A stretch of 64,000 nt of DNA from a virus: IMG/VR virus record IMGVR_UViG_3300025874_000006, positions 1-64,000 of that record; one strand, written 5' to 3'. Each line of letters opens with the position of its first letter. Positions within the stretch are counted from its first letter, which is position 1. Under the pieces are notes generated by a model, which worked only from the letters and a program-made list of their open reading frames with translations, was not told the DNA's origin and searched no databases. Positions 54,805 through 64,000 of this stretch are shown piece by piece. The position numbers and the translations under genes were made by a program.

Positions 54805-57288
54805 TCAACCGAAGAAATCCTCAAGAGAGGCCTGAGGTTCTGCGTCCCATCCCACCGCATCCAAAATAGGAATCAGAGGGTCTAGGAAAGTCTTGTCAAA
54901 CATCAGGTCGTAATCAACATATTTGTGGAGACCAAGTTCCTCCGGCAAGTTGAGAGGATATGACACAACATTCTGACCCAGACGATTAGGCATTTTGAGA
55001 TAGACGAACTTTATCTTCTCGCCCTGTTTGACAGACTCGTATCGTCGATTGATATCATTCTCGACAATCGCATTGTTGTAACACAGGGCACCACGCACAT
55101 GGATGGGAGTTCCCTTCTTGAAGATAGTTTTGCGGTCTTTCCATTTGGCGAGATTAGAAACACCACGAGGGAAGGACACATCTTCGGGAGGAAGAGTCTT
55201 GAAGTGAGACCGGAAGTCACGAATATATCCTTGAGTGTCTATCTCAGTACCTTCTACTATAACACGGAAGATTTCCTTGAACTTATCACGGACAACTTGC
55301 GGAGTCGACGACTTGATTGCCTCGATACCCATCATCTTGAGTTTGGGAGTTTTGTACTGGACACCCTCGTTATTGTGCACGTTGAGAATGTATCGTTTCT
55401 TAGCCATCCAGATACCACGGTCTGCAATCACCTCACGTCCCATCTCCATGCGATTCTCATAGGCACCAGTTGCGTCTGCCATAGTCGCATAAGAGTCTGC
55501 CAGTACTTTCTCGAAGTGGTCTGCGCATATCTTGTCTAGGAACTTGACAGGGTTCTTCGGGGCAAACTTCTCGACCAAATCGCCCATGCGAATATACACG
55601 GAGTCGGTATCGATTGCGACGACATAGTCTTCATCTGTTTTCAGAACATCTTGCATCGCACCATTGACCGCACGTTCTGCCCACTTGATTGCCAACTGAC
55701 CCGCAAGAGTAATAGACTCTGCAACACGCTGATCGAAATATCTAAACCAACGATTGCCTAGGGCCCCATAAAGTGAATTCATGAGAATTTTAATGGCCAT
55801 CTGTTGGTTGTCGAGAGAGGATATCCGGTATTCCAATTCCTTGGACGGATTAATCTGCATCTCCTGTTGGGCCTTCAACATCTCAGTCTTTATTACACGA
55901 CGTTCGGAGTAGTACCGCTTAATCACCGTAGGAATAACACCCTCACGGTCATGGGTGAATCGAATACCAGTGGGAGCAACAGAGAACCCCCGTTGACCGA
56001 TATTGACCGAACCGTCGAGGAACTTATCGACAGACACCCCATTTTGGAAACCGTCCATAACAGTCTCGGGCGACATATTATATTGTACAATGATGTTTGG
56101 ATATAGAGAGTTCAAGTCAAACGACGTGACCCAATCATGAGAACCCACCTGTGGCTCCTTCACATAACCGCCGGGGTATGATGTCTTGGGTTTCTCAACT
56201 TTCTTAGGAACCGCAATCTTCTGCTTGTTCAACAGTCGATAGATGATAGTGTCCCAGATGGCAGTAGTACCCAGAGTGTCGTTGTAGTTCACACCCGCCT
56301 TATAGGCCATAGTGAAAATCAAATCAATGAGGTCGAGTTTGACATCTAGGTTATGTACTAACTCAACGTCCTTCACGTTATAGTCAATAAACTTCTGGTA
56401 ATCCTTCTCGTATAACGTGTGGAGATTTCCATGTTCAGCATACGAGAGTTTACGTTCACCCAACACAACGTGGGAGATATGGTCGAGTCGATATGATTCC
56501 TGTTGTCCTAGAGTATTGTAGGTGAACTTCTTGAAGACTTCCAAGTAGTCGAGTTGTTCGATGCCTTCGAGAATAAACTCTTGGTTCAATTTACCATTGA
56601 TAGTGGTGTTGCGTTCACGGATGAGTCCCCACGGAGACATGCGTTTTGCTAGAGTGTCGTCACCAAACAACTTTACCATTCGGTTATGAAGATAGGGAAT
56701 ATCAAAGAATCGTGTGTTCCATCCGGTAATCACGTTAGGCGCATACTCTTCCATACGACGAACGAACTTGCGTACAAGGTCAATCTCATTGTCGCACTTG
56801 ATGTATAGAATGTCCTCACGTGTGGTTGTGTAGTCACCACAACCCCAGACCCAGTAAGTGCCTGTGTTCTCTCGCATACAGATAGCGGTAATAGGATGTG
56901 CCGCATCTTCGGGGGCAGGGAAACCATCGGCCGAGAAGACCTCAATATCGATGTTAGCGGTCTTGATTAGACTGCGGTCATATTCGATACGATCGGGCCA
57001 CTCTTCCGCAATGAATTGTGCGACATAGTTAGTATTGCCTGCGATTTCGAAGTTAGAGACGTTCTCATAACGTTTGTTGAAATCTTTGGCGTCTGACATG
57101 GATTCGAAGATAACGGGTTGCATCGGAATACCGTCTAGGGTAGTCCAACCTTCCTCGCTTTCTCCGGACATGAATAGTGTGGGCTTGAATGGAATACGAG
57201 ATTTGGTCGCGAGACCGTTTTCGTCATATCCACGGTATAGTAGTTTGTCGCCATATCGGACGACAGATGTATAGAATTTATTAGACAT
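54805..57288 (-). CDS. 43: Family B DNA polymerase gp43
   Basis: DIE exo I; SFDLNSLYP; KILMNSLYG; DTDS; KKRY. Confidence 0.98.
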   Translation of the reverse strand: MSNKFYTSVVRYGDKLLYRGYDENGLATKSRIPFKPTLFMSGESEEGWTTLDGIPMQPVIFESMSDAKDFNKRYENVSNFEIAGNTNYVAQFIAEEWPDRIEYDRSLIKTANIDIEVFSADGFPAPEDAAHPITAICMRENTGTYWVWGCGDYTTTREDILYIKCDNEIDLVRKFVRRMEEYAPNVITGWNTRFFDIPYLHNRMVKLFGDDTLAKRMSPWGLIRERNTTINGKLNQEFILEGIEQLDYLEVFKKFTYNTLGQQESYRLDHISHVVLGERKLSYAEHGNLHTLYEKDYQKFIDYNVKDVELVHNLDVKLDLIDLIFTMAYKAGVNYNDTLGTTAIWDTIIYRLLNKQKIAVPKKVEKPKTSYPGGYVKEPQVGSHDWVTSFDLNSLYPNIIVQYNMSPETVMDGFQNGVSVDKFLDGSVNIGQRGFSVAPTGIRFTHDREGVIPTVIKRYYSERRVIKTEMLKAQQEMQINPSKELEYRISSLDNQQMAIKILMNSLYGALGNRWFRYFDQRVAESITLAGQLAIKWAERAVNGAMQDVLKTDEDYVVAIDTDSVYIRMGDLVEKFAPKNPVKFLDKICADHFEKVLADSYATMADATGAYENRMEMGREVIADRGIWMAKKRYILNVHNNEGVQYKTPKLKMMGIEAIKSSTPQVVRDKFKEIFRVIVEGTEIDTQGYIRDFRSHFKTLPPEDVSFPRGVSNLAKWKDRKTIFKKGTPIHVRGALCYNNAIVENDINRRYESVKQGEKIKFVYLKMPNRLGQNVVSYPLNLPEELGLHKYVDYDLMFDKTFLDPLIPILDAVGWDAEPQASLEDFFG

Positions 57289-57325
57289 ATGTCAATTTCC
57301 CAATAGTAAGGACGTATTATAACTG

Positions 57326-57350
57326 AAAAGGGGGGTCTTGTCAACCCCCC
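57326..57350 (-). terminator. Terminator overlapping the -35 of the gene 43 promoter
   Basis: GGGGGG-TTGACAAGA-CCCCCC-TTTT. Confidence 0.65.
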
Positions 57351-57367
57351 TGTTTATAGAACTTAGA

Positions 57368-58399
57368 TCAAACCGTTTCGTCAATCAAATCATCTATTAA
57401 TACGATATCTTCTCTATTCAAATTCAGAGAATCGACAAGACCATTGGTGTCTTTTAAGACCCTTTTTGCAATAAGATACGCGATACTAGCCTTTGCGTTA
57501 CCAGCCAATCTACCTCGAATCACATCCGTTTGTTTAGGGTAAGTAACGGCATAGGTCTTAAATGCATCTATAATTTCTTCGGTATCATACGAGAAATCAC
57601 AATCATCGTTATGTTTGAGAAGATGTGCTAATCCTGTGAGAAAGTATCCTGATAAAACCCCAGTTGGGTAAACCGTTCTGATTATCGCCGAAGCAGTTAT
57701 GAAAGTATCAACGTTTCTTACCCACTCATCTGACATATAACTATGGACATTCGCCTCAGAGAAATAAACATTGCGAACTTCGACAAATCCACCAAACACT
57801 CTACCGCCAGGATTTAACCCCTCAATATCAAGTGCACAGTTCTTGATGAGTTCAAGAAATTCCAAAGCCTTTGGGTCGCCAAAGACAACTTCCGCAGTGA
57901 AAATTTCTTCCGCCTTCATATTTTCGTTATCCGCATTACGAGACTTGAAGTATCGTGCTTCTTGTTTCTGACAATCCCTAAGTGTAGAACTCATTGGGTG
58001 TATAAACTGAGATGACTTCACATGAGTCAATCCGCATAGTCCAGCCATGACGCAACGCCTTAGACCATCCCACACATAACTATTACCACAAGGTCGGATT
58101 GCTACATCAATAACCCCAGCTGAGTACATATCATATCCATTCATCTTCTTTAGTTTATTAACTAACTTTTTAAGACGAAGAATGCGTTGGTAAGTCATAT
58201 CGACATAAAGTTCCCTTAGAGGAACAACACCAACTTCATTGGGGTTATATTTAGCGTTGCTTACCATATTGGCCAATGTCTTTGACTTGAAGTTGTCGAT
58301 TTGCAGGATGGTGTCGATGATTTCCTGAACGGATACAACACCAGTGAGGGTTGAAAGTGCCCCAGACACTTCACTAAATTTAGTACTTTTACTGATCAT
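57368..58399 (-). CDS. ParB/Srx-like (DUF6551/DndB-like) protein
   Basis: L.VD..YQR; V.DG..R. Confidence 0.65.
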   Translation of the reverse strand: MISKSTKFSEVSGALSTLTGVVSVQEIIDTILQIDNFKSKTLANMVSNAKYNPNEVGVVPLRELYVDMTYQRILRLKKLVNKLKKMNGYDMYSAGVIDVAIRPCGNSYVWDGLRRCVMAGLCGLTHVKSSQFIHPMSSTLRDCQKQEARYFKSRNADNENMKAEEIFTAEVVFGDPKALEFLELIKNCALDIEGLNPGGRVFGGFVEVRNVYFSEANVHSYMSDEWVRNVDTFITASAIIRTVYPTGVLSGYFLTGLAHLLKHNDDCDFSYDTEEIIDAFKTYAVTYPKQTDVIRGRLAGNAKASIAYLIAKRVLKDTNGLVDSLNLNREDIVLIDDLIDETV

Positions 58400-58513
58400 A
58401 ATAATCTCCTAGATTATTTTATTTTTGACATCCGGTATGAATGCCTTACAAATGTATATAAACCTTTATATACCCGTTCATTATACAACAATTTTACCTT
58501 AATGGCAAGCGTT

Positions 58514-59650
58514 CTATCTGATTATATCAATATCATCAGCATTTACATTCCACGTCTCAACTGTTGTGCGTAGTCTGCCTTCGGACTTGAGAGTCTCATA
58601 TCGTTTAGACGCTTTGTTGCGCCACCACTCAATAACATTCTCAACTTCGAATCTGTCAAAGTTTTCTGATGGTTTGATTTCGTCGGTCTTCAAGTTCATG
58701 TAGTCCTTGACTGACTGGGCCTCATGACCATACGTACTATAATACGAACGCTTACGTTCTGTCAATCCTTTCGCATCTACAATTGTCTGACAGAACTTAT
58801 TATATGAATTATCATCCACACCCTTCAGTGACGCTTTGATGATAGATGCCATCTTTGTCTGAGTCTTGAGTTTACGTGACGACGCGTCAGCGGGAACAAG
58901 ATAGTCACCTTCGTTGCGTTGCTTGAACCAATCATTGAGAGACCGGAACTTTTCATCATTGATAAGTGGAGCAAAGTTAGAGTCTGTCAAACCACTATGA
59001 CGTAGGAACGGACGCATACCGTCATACATGGAAGAAGACTTAGTAGACCCATAGAGACTAGTTGTTTCGAAAAGACATATGTTCGCATCATACTTTTTGT
59101 TAAGCGCACGACGAACTTGATGAGAACAACAGATGGCCGCCAATAATTTTCCTCCCAAATAATTGAAACCCGCTGGTTGTACAGGAACGATATTGAATCC
59201 CATAATAGCGGACTTATTGAAACGACGCATCACGTCTGGATTTATGGTGTCGAGAGGTGCACCCAACCACTCATTGCGAGGACGAGAGTTGATGGTAGGA
59301 GAACCGAAACGAATCATACCGAATATCTGTCCGGTGTTCTTCTCCTTGACCATGTAAAGTAGTTGTTTGCCGGGGATTGACGACTCGACTGGAGCGGAAG
59401 TTGTTATCTCCATGTAGGTCATGAACTGGTCTTGTCGACACTCGAAGATAGAGAACTCCATGTCGTTTGGGTGGATGTTGAAATCATCGAAGACATCTGT
59501 CTCAGGGCCCATGCCCGGCAAAGAAGCAGGGAAAGTTTTCATCCTATCCATCTTTATGGAACGTTGGTATTCGTCAATACGATTGAAACTTCCGAAGAAC
59601 TCATCGAAGATGTTTGCAGCATATATTGCATCAGTTTGGTTTAGAATCAT
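58514..59650 (-). CDS. DUF4338 (DruA-like) protein
   Basis: IPG..L...V, G.I..GSP, R..W.G, GFNYLGGKLLA, TTSLYG. Confidence 0.75.
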   Translation of the reverse strand: MILNQTDAIYAANIFDEFFGSFNRIDEYQRSIKMDRMKTFPASLPGMGPETDVFDDFNIHPNDMEFSIFECRQDQFMTYMEITTSAPVESSIPGKQLLYMVKEKNTGQIFGMIRFGSPTINSRPRNEWLGAPLDTINPDVMRRFNKSAIMGFNIVPVQPAGFNYLGGKLLAAICCSHQVRRALNKKYDANICLFETTSLYGSTKSSSMYDGMRPFLRHSGLTDSNFAPLINDEKFRSLNDWFKQRNEGDYLVPADASSRKLKTQTKMASIIKASLKGVDDNSYNKFCQTIVDAKGLTERKRSYYSTYGHEAQSVKDYMNLKTDEIKPSENFDRFEVENVIEWWRNKASKRYETLKSEGRLRTTVETWNVNADDIDIIR

Positions 59651-59700
59651 AATAAATCTCTCATTCAGTTGACACATTATACACTAATATAACGCCCCTG

Positions 59701-60501
59701 TCAATCAATAACTTTAAAAAACTTGTGTCTAGTCCAAGGTTCATCTTGGTTTTTGTCACTGTATCCGTGATGCTCTTGGGTCACAGACAAACGTTTTGAA
59801 ATCAACTGAGTAGTTGGTGTCGGAATACCAGTCTTGTGTTTATCTCGTTTATTGAAGTAAACTCCAATGTCACGTCCTACGCCTATTGTATCACATTCAT
59901 TCCAAGGATGCAAGGATGTATTGCGAATTCCGTAATAATCTATTTCTGGTAGTTCTAGGTGTTTGGTGGTAAACGTTCTGAAAAGACGTTGGAGAACACA
60001 ATATGGGCCACAGTTGATAGGGAAATCCTTCTGTGTTAACATATAGTGACCCCAGTGCGCGAAACTCTTGTCCATGCAGTACATACCCATGAACAATCCT
60101 ATATTCGCGTAGAGTGTGTTCTCTGCGTACTCAGAGAGTAGTTTGAAGGACTCGTATCGTTCTTCGAGTAACCAAGTGTCATGTTCCATAATCCAGAACT
60201 TCTCGTCAGACTCTCCCTGCTGACGCATAAGTTCCCAGTGAGAACACATGCCCGCTTTCTCTGAAGGCGAGTGGTCGTCTTTGTCTTTACCTGAGTTTAG
60301 GTCTAGAGTCATAAGACTTTTAGACCATGTGTACTTATCCACATGTTCTTGAAAATCGGGAATTTCTGGTGTTATGGCATCGAAGGTTTCGATGGAGTCG
60401 ATGTAGCCATCATCGATGGCACGTTGAAAGGAACGTTGAGAGAGATAGGCATACTCTTCAGACCGTTCATTACCTTTCATAACAATTTGTATTGCTTTCA
60501 T
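59701..60501 (-). CDS. GT25-like glycosyltransferase
   Basis: FDAI, E.AG..SH..L, IMEHD. Confidence 0.75.
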   Translation of the reverse strand: MKAIQIVMKGNERSEEYAYLSQRSFQRAIDDGYIDSIETFDAITPEIPDFQEHVDKYTWSKSLMTLDLNSGKDKDDHSPSEKAGMCSHWELMRQQGESDEKFWIMEHDTWLLEERYESFKLLSEYAENTLYANIGLFMGMYCMDKSFAHWGHYMLTQKDFPINCGPYCVLQRLFRTFTTKHLELPEIDYYGIRNTSLHPWNECDTIGVGRDIGVYFNKRDKHKTGIPTPTTQLISKRLSVTQEHHGYSDKNQDEPWTRHKFFKVID

Positions 60502-60553
60502 TTTTTACCCATAAAAAAGGAGGAGACACATCGCGTGTACTCCTCCTATTTAT

Positions 60554-60676
60554 TTACATAATAGATGTTATGCAAAGTACTACAGTTACGGTACATACTA
60601 GATTGATACCCATAAAACCTAATCTTTCTAGGTCTTCGGAATCACGTCTAGCCATGTAGGCCTTTATCTGTTGCAT
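60554..60676 (-). CDS. Small membrane peptide (40 aa, not in ORF track)
   Basis: GAGGAG RBS; MQQIKAYMARR...CITSIM. Confidence 0.55.
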   Translation of the reverse strand: MQQIKAYMARRDSEDLERLGFMGINLVCTVTVVLCITSIM

Positions 60677-61130
60677 TAATTGTCTCCTCGTTTAATAGTT
60701 GCGAGTCTAATGTTTGAGACCCATTGATTTCAACTTTACGAGGCCGCTGACTTTCAGGTATTATGACTTCCAAATTAATGGCAAGTAGTCCTTGACTGAA
60801 ATCAGCTCCCATTACTTCAACATACTCCGACAGCCTAAATTGCCGCTCGAACTTCTTCGTTGAAATACCCTTGTGGATATATTCTCTTCCTGTATCTTTG
60901 TGCTGCCCTCGAATGGTCAGTGTTCGGTTCTTTACTTCGATTTCTAATTCATCCTCGCTGAAACCAGCGATCGCGAGTTCGATTAGGTATTGATCCTTCC
61001 CCGTCTTTAATATGTTATGCGGGGGGAATATATCACCCGAGCGCCTTGAGATACGGTCTAATTCATCGATCATGGTATCAAAACCGACAAATGCCGAACG
61101 CGGAAATAGTTGTTTTGCTGTTAATGTCAT
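60648..61130 (-). CDS. Small heat-shock protein Hsp20 (IbpA-like)
   Basis: VGFD, FPPHNI, IELA.AGF, YIHKGIS...F.R.F.L, GLL.I.L. Confidence 0.95.
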   Translation of the reverse strand: MTLTAKQLFPRSAFVGFDTMIDELDRISRRSGDIFPPHNILKTGKDQYLIELAIAGFSEDELEIEVKNRTLTIRGQHKDTGREYIHKGISTKKFERQFRLSEYVEVMGADFSQGLLAINLEVIIPESQRPRKVEINGSQTLDSQLLNEETINATDKGLHG

Positions 61131-61190
61131 GTTGTTAACTCCTAGATTATTTAGCAAGTTTAAAAGGATGCCCGACCATCGGCACATCCG
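61131..61190 (-). promoter_or_regulatory. ROSE-like RNA thermometer in the hsp20 leader
   Basis: 5' hairpin followed by CUUGCU-N9-AGGAG. Confidence 0.6.
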
Positions 61191-61319
61191 GTACTATATA
61201 TACAAATTATAAGAATGAAAAGTGAAATATTATCACTTTATTTAATTATCTTCGATATCTCTGTAAGATATCCAAGAAACAATCGTCGTGGTCTTCTTAT
61301 AATAAACCACAACGAGTGA

Positions 61320-61859
61320 TTAGTAATAGATTGAAGGGTCTGGGTCACCCTCTACACCAAATGAGAATGAAACACGAGACTCTCTTGGGAATACTTGGTG
61401 GTGAGTTCCACGGGGTAAGTATGCGTACATCCCTGGCTCGAAGTCGAAAGGTTCGTTATTGTCGATACCTTCCACCTTTAAACCAACCGTGCTGATAACC
61501 TGAACCAAAAACACATCCATAGAATCTTTGTGCCAAGGGTATGACCCACTTGCCCGGCCGAAACCACTGAACGCAATGTTCGTGATTTTGTTTTCGTGTA
61601 AAGCAAAGACTTCTTGCATCTCTTCATAAATTCTTCGTGCAAAGTCCGGTGCACTACCGCGACTGTGAAAAGAGTTTAGTCCAATACGCATTTTGTCCGA
61701 ATTACGGTCGTAAAGGTCGTTCGGGTGAGAATCCATCATAGTCATAAATTCATTCCAGTTATAAGTCGACCCCATATCAAATGGCAGCCGACCTATAAAT
61801 GGTGTTTTAGTTCGTATGTTTTCTTCTCTATCCTCAAATATTCCATAATTATCTGACAT
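61320..61859 (-). CDS. JmjC/cupin-like 2OG oxygenase
   Basis: H.D..DVF.VQ...YLPRG..H. Confidence 0.75.
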   Translation of the reverse strand: MSDNYGIFEDREENIRTKTPFIGRLPFDMGSTYNWNEFMTMMDSHPNDLYDRNSDKMRIGLNSFHSRGSAPDFARRIYEEMQEVFALHENKITNIAFSGFGRASGSYPWHKDSMDVFLVQVISTVGLKVEGIDNNEPFDFEPGMYAYLPRGTHHQVFPRESRVSFSFGVEGDPDPSIYY

Positions 61860-61864
61860 ACTAC

Positions 61865-62275
61865 TTAGCTATTCCCAATGTTATATTTTGGTTGTAGTGT
61901 CCATTCAGACTTATCTCGAAATGAGATAATTTTAATTTGTCTCATTGGAGCACAATCACGTGCTACTTCTTTATTCACGATTCCCACTAAACCCCAGTCT
62001 GCAAGCAGAGTGGCGATAGTGTTACGTCTTTCCATATCAGACGTTTCTAAGTTTGACTTCTTACCATCCAACAAGAATAGTTCTTTGAAATGGACGATAA
62101 AGTACCTACCCTGTTTATGCAAGATATGGCACGATTGGTATAGAGTATTGTCTCTTCGAGATGCTACACCTATACGAGTTAATGTTTCTCTGACTTTTAG
62201 AAAGTCGTCTGGTTCCGACAGGCTGATTTCCAGCATCATATCAGAGTTCCATTGGACAAGATTATTCTCTTCCAC
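61865..62275 (-). CDS. regA: Translational repressor RegA
   Basis: DDFLKVRETLTRIGVA; LYQSCHILHKQG.Y.IVHFKE. Confidence 0.97.
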   Translation of the reverse strand: MEENNLVQWNSDMMLEISLSEPDDFLKVRETLTRIGVASRRDNTLYQSCHILHKQGRYFIVHFKELFLLDGKKSNLETSDMERRNTIATLLADWGLVGIVNKEVARDCAPMRQIKIISFRDKSEWTLQPKYNIGNS

Positions 62276-62660
62276 CTTTTGCTACCTTTAGTTTGATAGT
62301 TTTTATTTGTGATTCCGTTAAGAGCCCTATGACTTGCTTCGCCTTTTGTTCACTGTAACCAAAATATTCCTTGATACATTCCATGTCGGCTCTTTGATCA
62401 GGTTTGTCCCATTTAGAGAATCGTTTCTTTTTCCTTACAATATTTATAAGAAAATCGTATTGCATCTTAGCATCTAAGTGATGTAATCTGTTCATTTCAT
62501 TGGACATGAATACCGTGTCCGGAAAATAAGACAGAGACCTATTAACGACAAACCCACTATAGTACTTGGTATTATCTTGGTCTTGGTCAATGAGATTGAC
62601 TTTAGTATCATTTATACTTTTCAGAAAGTCAAATGGACTTAGTCTACTATTAATATTCAT
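62262..62660 (-). CDS. 62: Clamp loader small subunit gp62
   Basis: F.VNR.LS.F.D...NEMN; RK.KRFSKW; synteny. Confidence 0.92.
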   Translation of the reverse strand: MNINSRLSPFDFLKSINDTKVNLIDQDQDNTKYYSGFVVNRSLSYFPDTVFMSNEMNRLHHLDAKMQYDFLINIVRKKKRFSKWDKPDQRADMECIKEYFGYSEQKAKQVIGLLTESQIKTIKLKVAKGGRE

Positions 62661-63303
62661 TTTTACACCACCCGCTTTCATAATCACGCCAGTATAGTTT
62701 CTTGATGCGGCGTATCTGCTGCTCGGTCAACACATCACCATACATTTTCAAGGAAGTCTTATTATCCCAAATATCCAACTGGTCGGGAGACAATCCAAGT
62801 CCTGAAGATTCGTTTAAGAATACCATAAGTTGAGAAAGTTCGTCAATATGAACAATCAGATTATAATCATGCGTACTGTTCATATACCAAGATTGAGTAT
62901 AAAAATGATTATTTTTAAATAATCCACCTTCAATCTTATCCAAAACAGTGTCCAACTCTTCATCTAAACTCGGTAGTTCATTCAAACGACCTGATTTAAT
63001 ATACTTCGCTTGGTTGGCCAAAATATATTCACATGCAGATTTAAAACGGTCTACAGGGTCACGTTTAACTGCTATCCGATAACTATTTTTTCTAAAGGGC
63101 ATTTCAAACTGACAACTATGGTTTTTAACGCTATCCATTCTATATTTGCGGCCTACGTACTCATTATGGCCCCGATAGATACGATAAAGTTCTTTGATAG
63201 AAGACATGCCGTTTTTAGGACACAGTCTAATATCAATGTTGTTAGGAAAATATAAAATATTATCAGCAGGAGTCATCTCATAATGACGTATGTGAGTTCC
63301 CAT
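62650..63303 (-). CDS. Sulfotransferase family 2-like protein
   Basis: PKNG.SS; RDP.DRF.SA; HF..Q; Y..D. Confidence 0.8.
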   Translation of the reverse strand: MGTHIRHYEMTPADNILYFPNNIDIRLCPKNGMSSIKELYRIYRGHNEYVGRKYRMDSVKNHSCQFEMPFRKNSYRIAVKRDPVDRFKSACEYILANQAKYIKSGRLNELPSLDEELDTVLDKIEGGLFKNNHFYTQSWYMNSTHDYNLIVHIDELSQLMVFLNESSGLGLSPDQLDIWDNKTSLKMYGDVLTEQQIRRIKKLYWRDYESGWCKNEY

Positions 63304-64000
63304 TTATTGTTTAATCTCCACGTTCGCCATGACTTCAGTCATACATGCGACAAGATTCAATTCGTGGTCTGCGACAAATGCATTCTTGTACTGGTAATCC
63401 GCGAGGATTAGTACCAGTTGAGGGATACTATTAGGCGCGACATAGTCGTACATCTTATCATAGACACTACGGAAGATTGACGCTGGTTCAACATCGATGT
63501 TGTTTACTACCCACGCTCGCATCTTCTTGAAGTTCTTATCACGGATTGCACCGAACAACTGAGAGTAGGTATCAGAGATATCTGCACTCGCGCTGTTAGG
63601 GACATTGAGTGTACCGGAGACAGAACCTTTCTGGCACTCATTCAGTACGCGCCTCCAATCTGGAGCATGTTTCATGATGATGTTAGCCAATACGTTTTTA
63701 TCGTACTCCACACCTTCTTGTTGCAAGATTCTTTGGAGACGCTGCATGAACCCGCCACATAGCGAGGTCATAGTTTTCTTGTTGAAGTTAAAGGCGTATT
63801 TGGAACACCTTGAATGCAGTGGTTCGATGATGCGGTTCTCGAAGTTACATGTCATAATAAAACGACAGTTGTTAGAGAACTCTTCAATAAACCCACGGAG
63901 AGCGGGTTGCGTTGACTGTGGATTCAGATAGTCTGCCTCATCAAGGATGACAACCTTATAACCACCAGATAATGACACCGATGACGCGAACTGTTTAATC
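63304..64000 (-). CDS. 44: Clamp loader large subunit gp44 (5' end outside the window)
   Basis: KVVILDEAD; Q.ALR.FIEEFS.NCRF; SRC. Confidence 0.96.
   Translation of the reverse strand, partial: IKQFASSVSLSGGYKVVILDEADYLNPQSTQPALRGFIEEFSNNCRFIMTCNFENRIIEPLHSRCSKYAFNFNKKTMTSLCGGFMQRLQRILQQEGVEYDKNVLANIIMKHAPDWRRVLNECQKGSVSGTLNVPNSASADISDTYSQLFGAIRDKNFKKMRAWVVNNIDVEPASIFRSVYDKMYDYVAPNSIPQLVLILADYQYKNAFVADHELNLVACMTEVMANVEIKQ

Noticed and set aside
402-63931. Many plus-strand ORFs of 60-220 aa antisense to minus-strand genes (e.g. 4124..4678, 26405..27079, 32474..33040)
   Set aside because: Shadow frames of recognisable genes, with no RBS or motifs
1-64000. Stop-codon recoding, introns or inteins in gene 43, nrdA/B, uvsX or 41
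   Set aside because: Core genes are uninterrupted and of normal length in the standard code; no suppressor tRNA is seen

Overview
64 kb of a large lytic T4-like myovirus genome (Tevenvirinae/Kyanoviridae-type architecture). The host is probably an aquatic Gammaproteobacterium; this is inferred from tRNA-Glu and the IbpA-like Hsp20. Almost all genes are on the minus strand. From right to left: (1) replication core (gp44, gp62, RegA, Hsp20, gp43, primase-like protein, UDP-glucuronate epimerase and UDP-glucose dehydrogenase, UvsX, gp40-like, gp41, DsbA-like); (2) a tRNA island of about 10 kb with nine canonical tRNAs, two HNH endonucleases, a di-haem cytochrome c peroxidase, a tail-fibre cassette and several unannotated RNAs; (3) a late cluster of proteins with T4 internal-protein-type capsid-targeting N-termini; (4) nrdA (glutaredoxin-fused) and nrdB; (5) a divergent early region; (6) a glycan-modification cluster (glycosyltransferases, sulfotransferase-like, radical SAM/SPASM, carbamoyltransferase) with lysis-type genes. 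The most striking unexplained signals are non-coding. At 35.7-36.4 kb there is a ~190-nt structured RNA (6S-sized, with 6S-like termini) directly after tRNA-Ala, a diverged half-copy of it, and a separate ~98-nt promoter-to-terminator sRNA inside a 377-bp-period duplication. A palindromic GTGACC-N14-GGTCAC site lies exactly 9 bp upstream of the -35 box of four early promoters. There are also two CCA-ended non-canonical RNAs, and an HNH gene flanked by an 11-bp duplication of the tRNA-Asp 5' end. All family assignments come from motif recognition by eye; no database searches were run.
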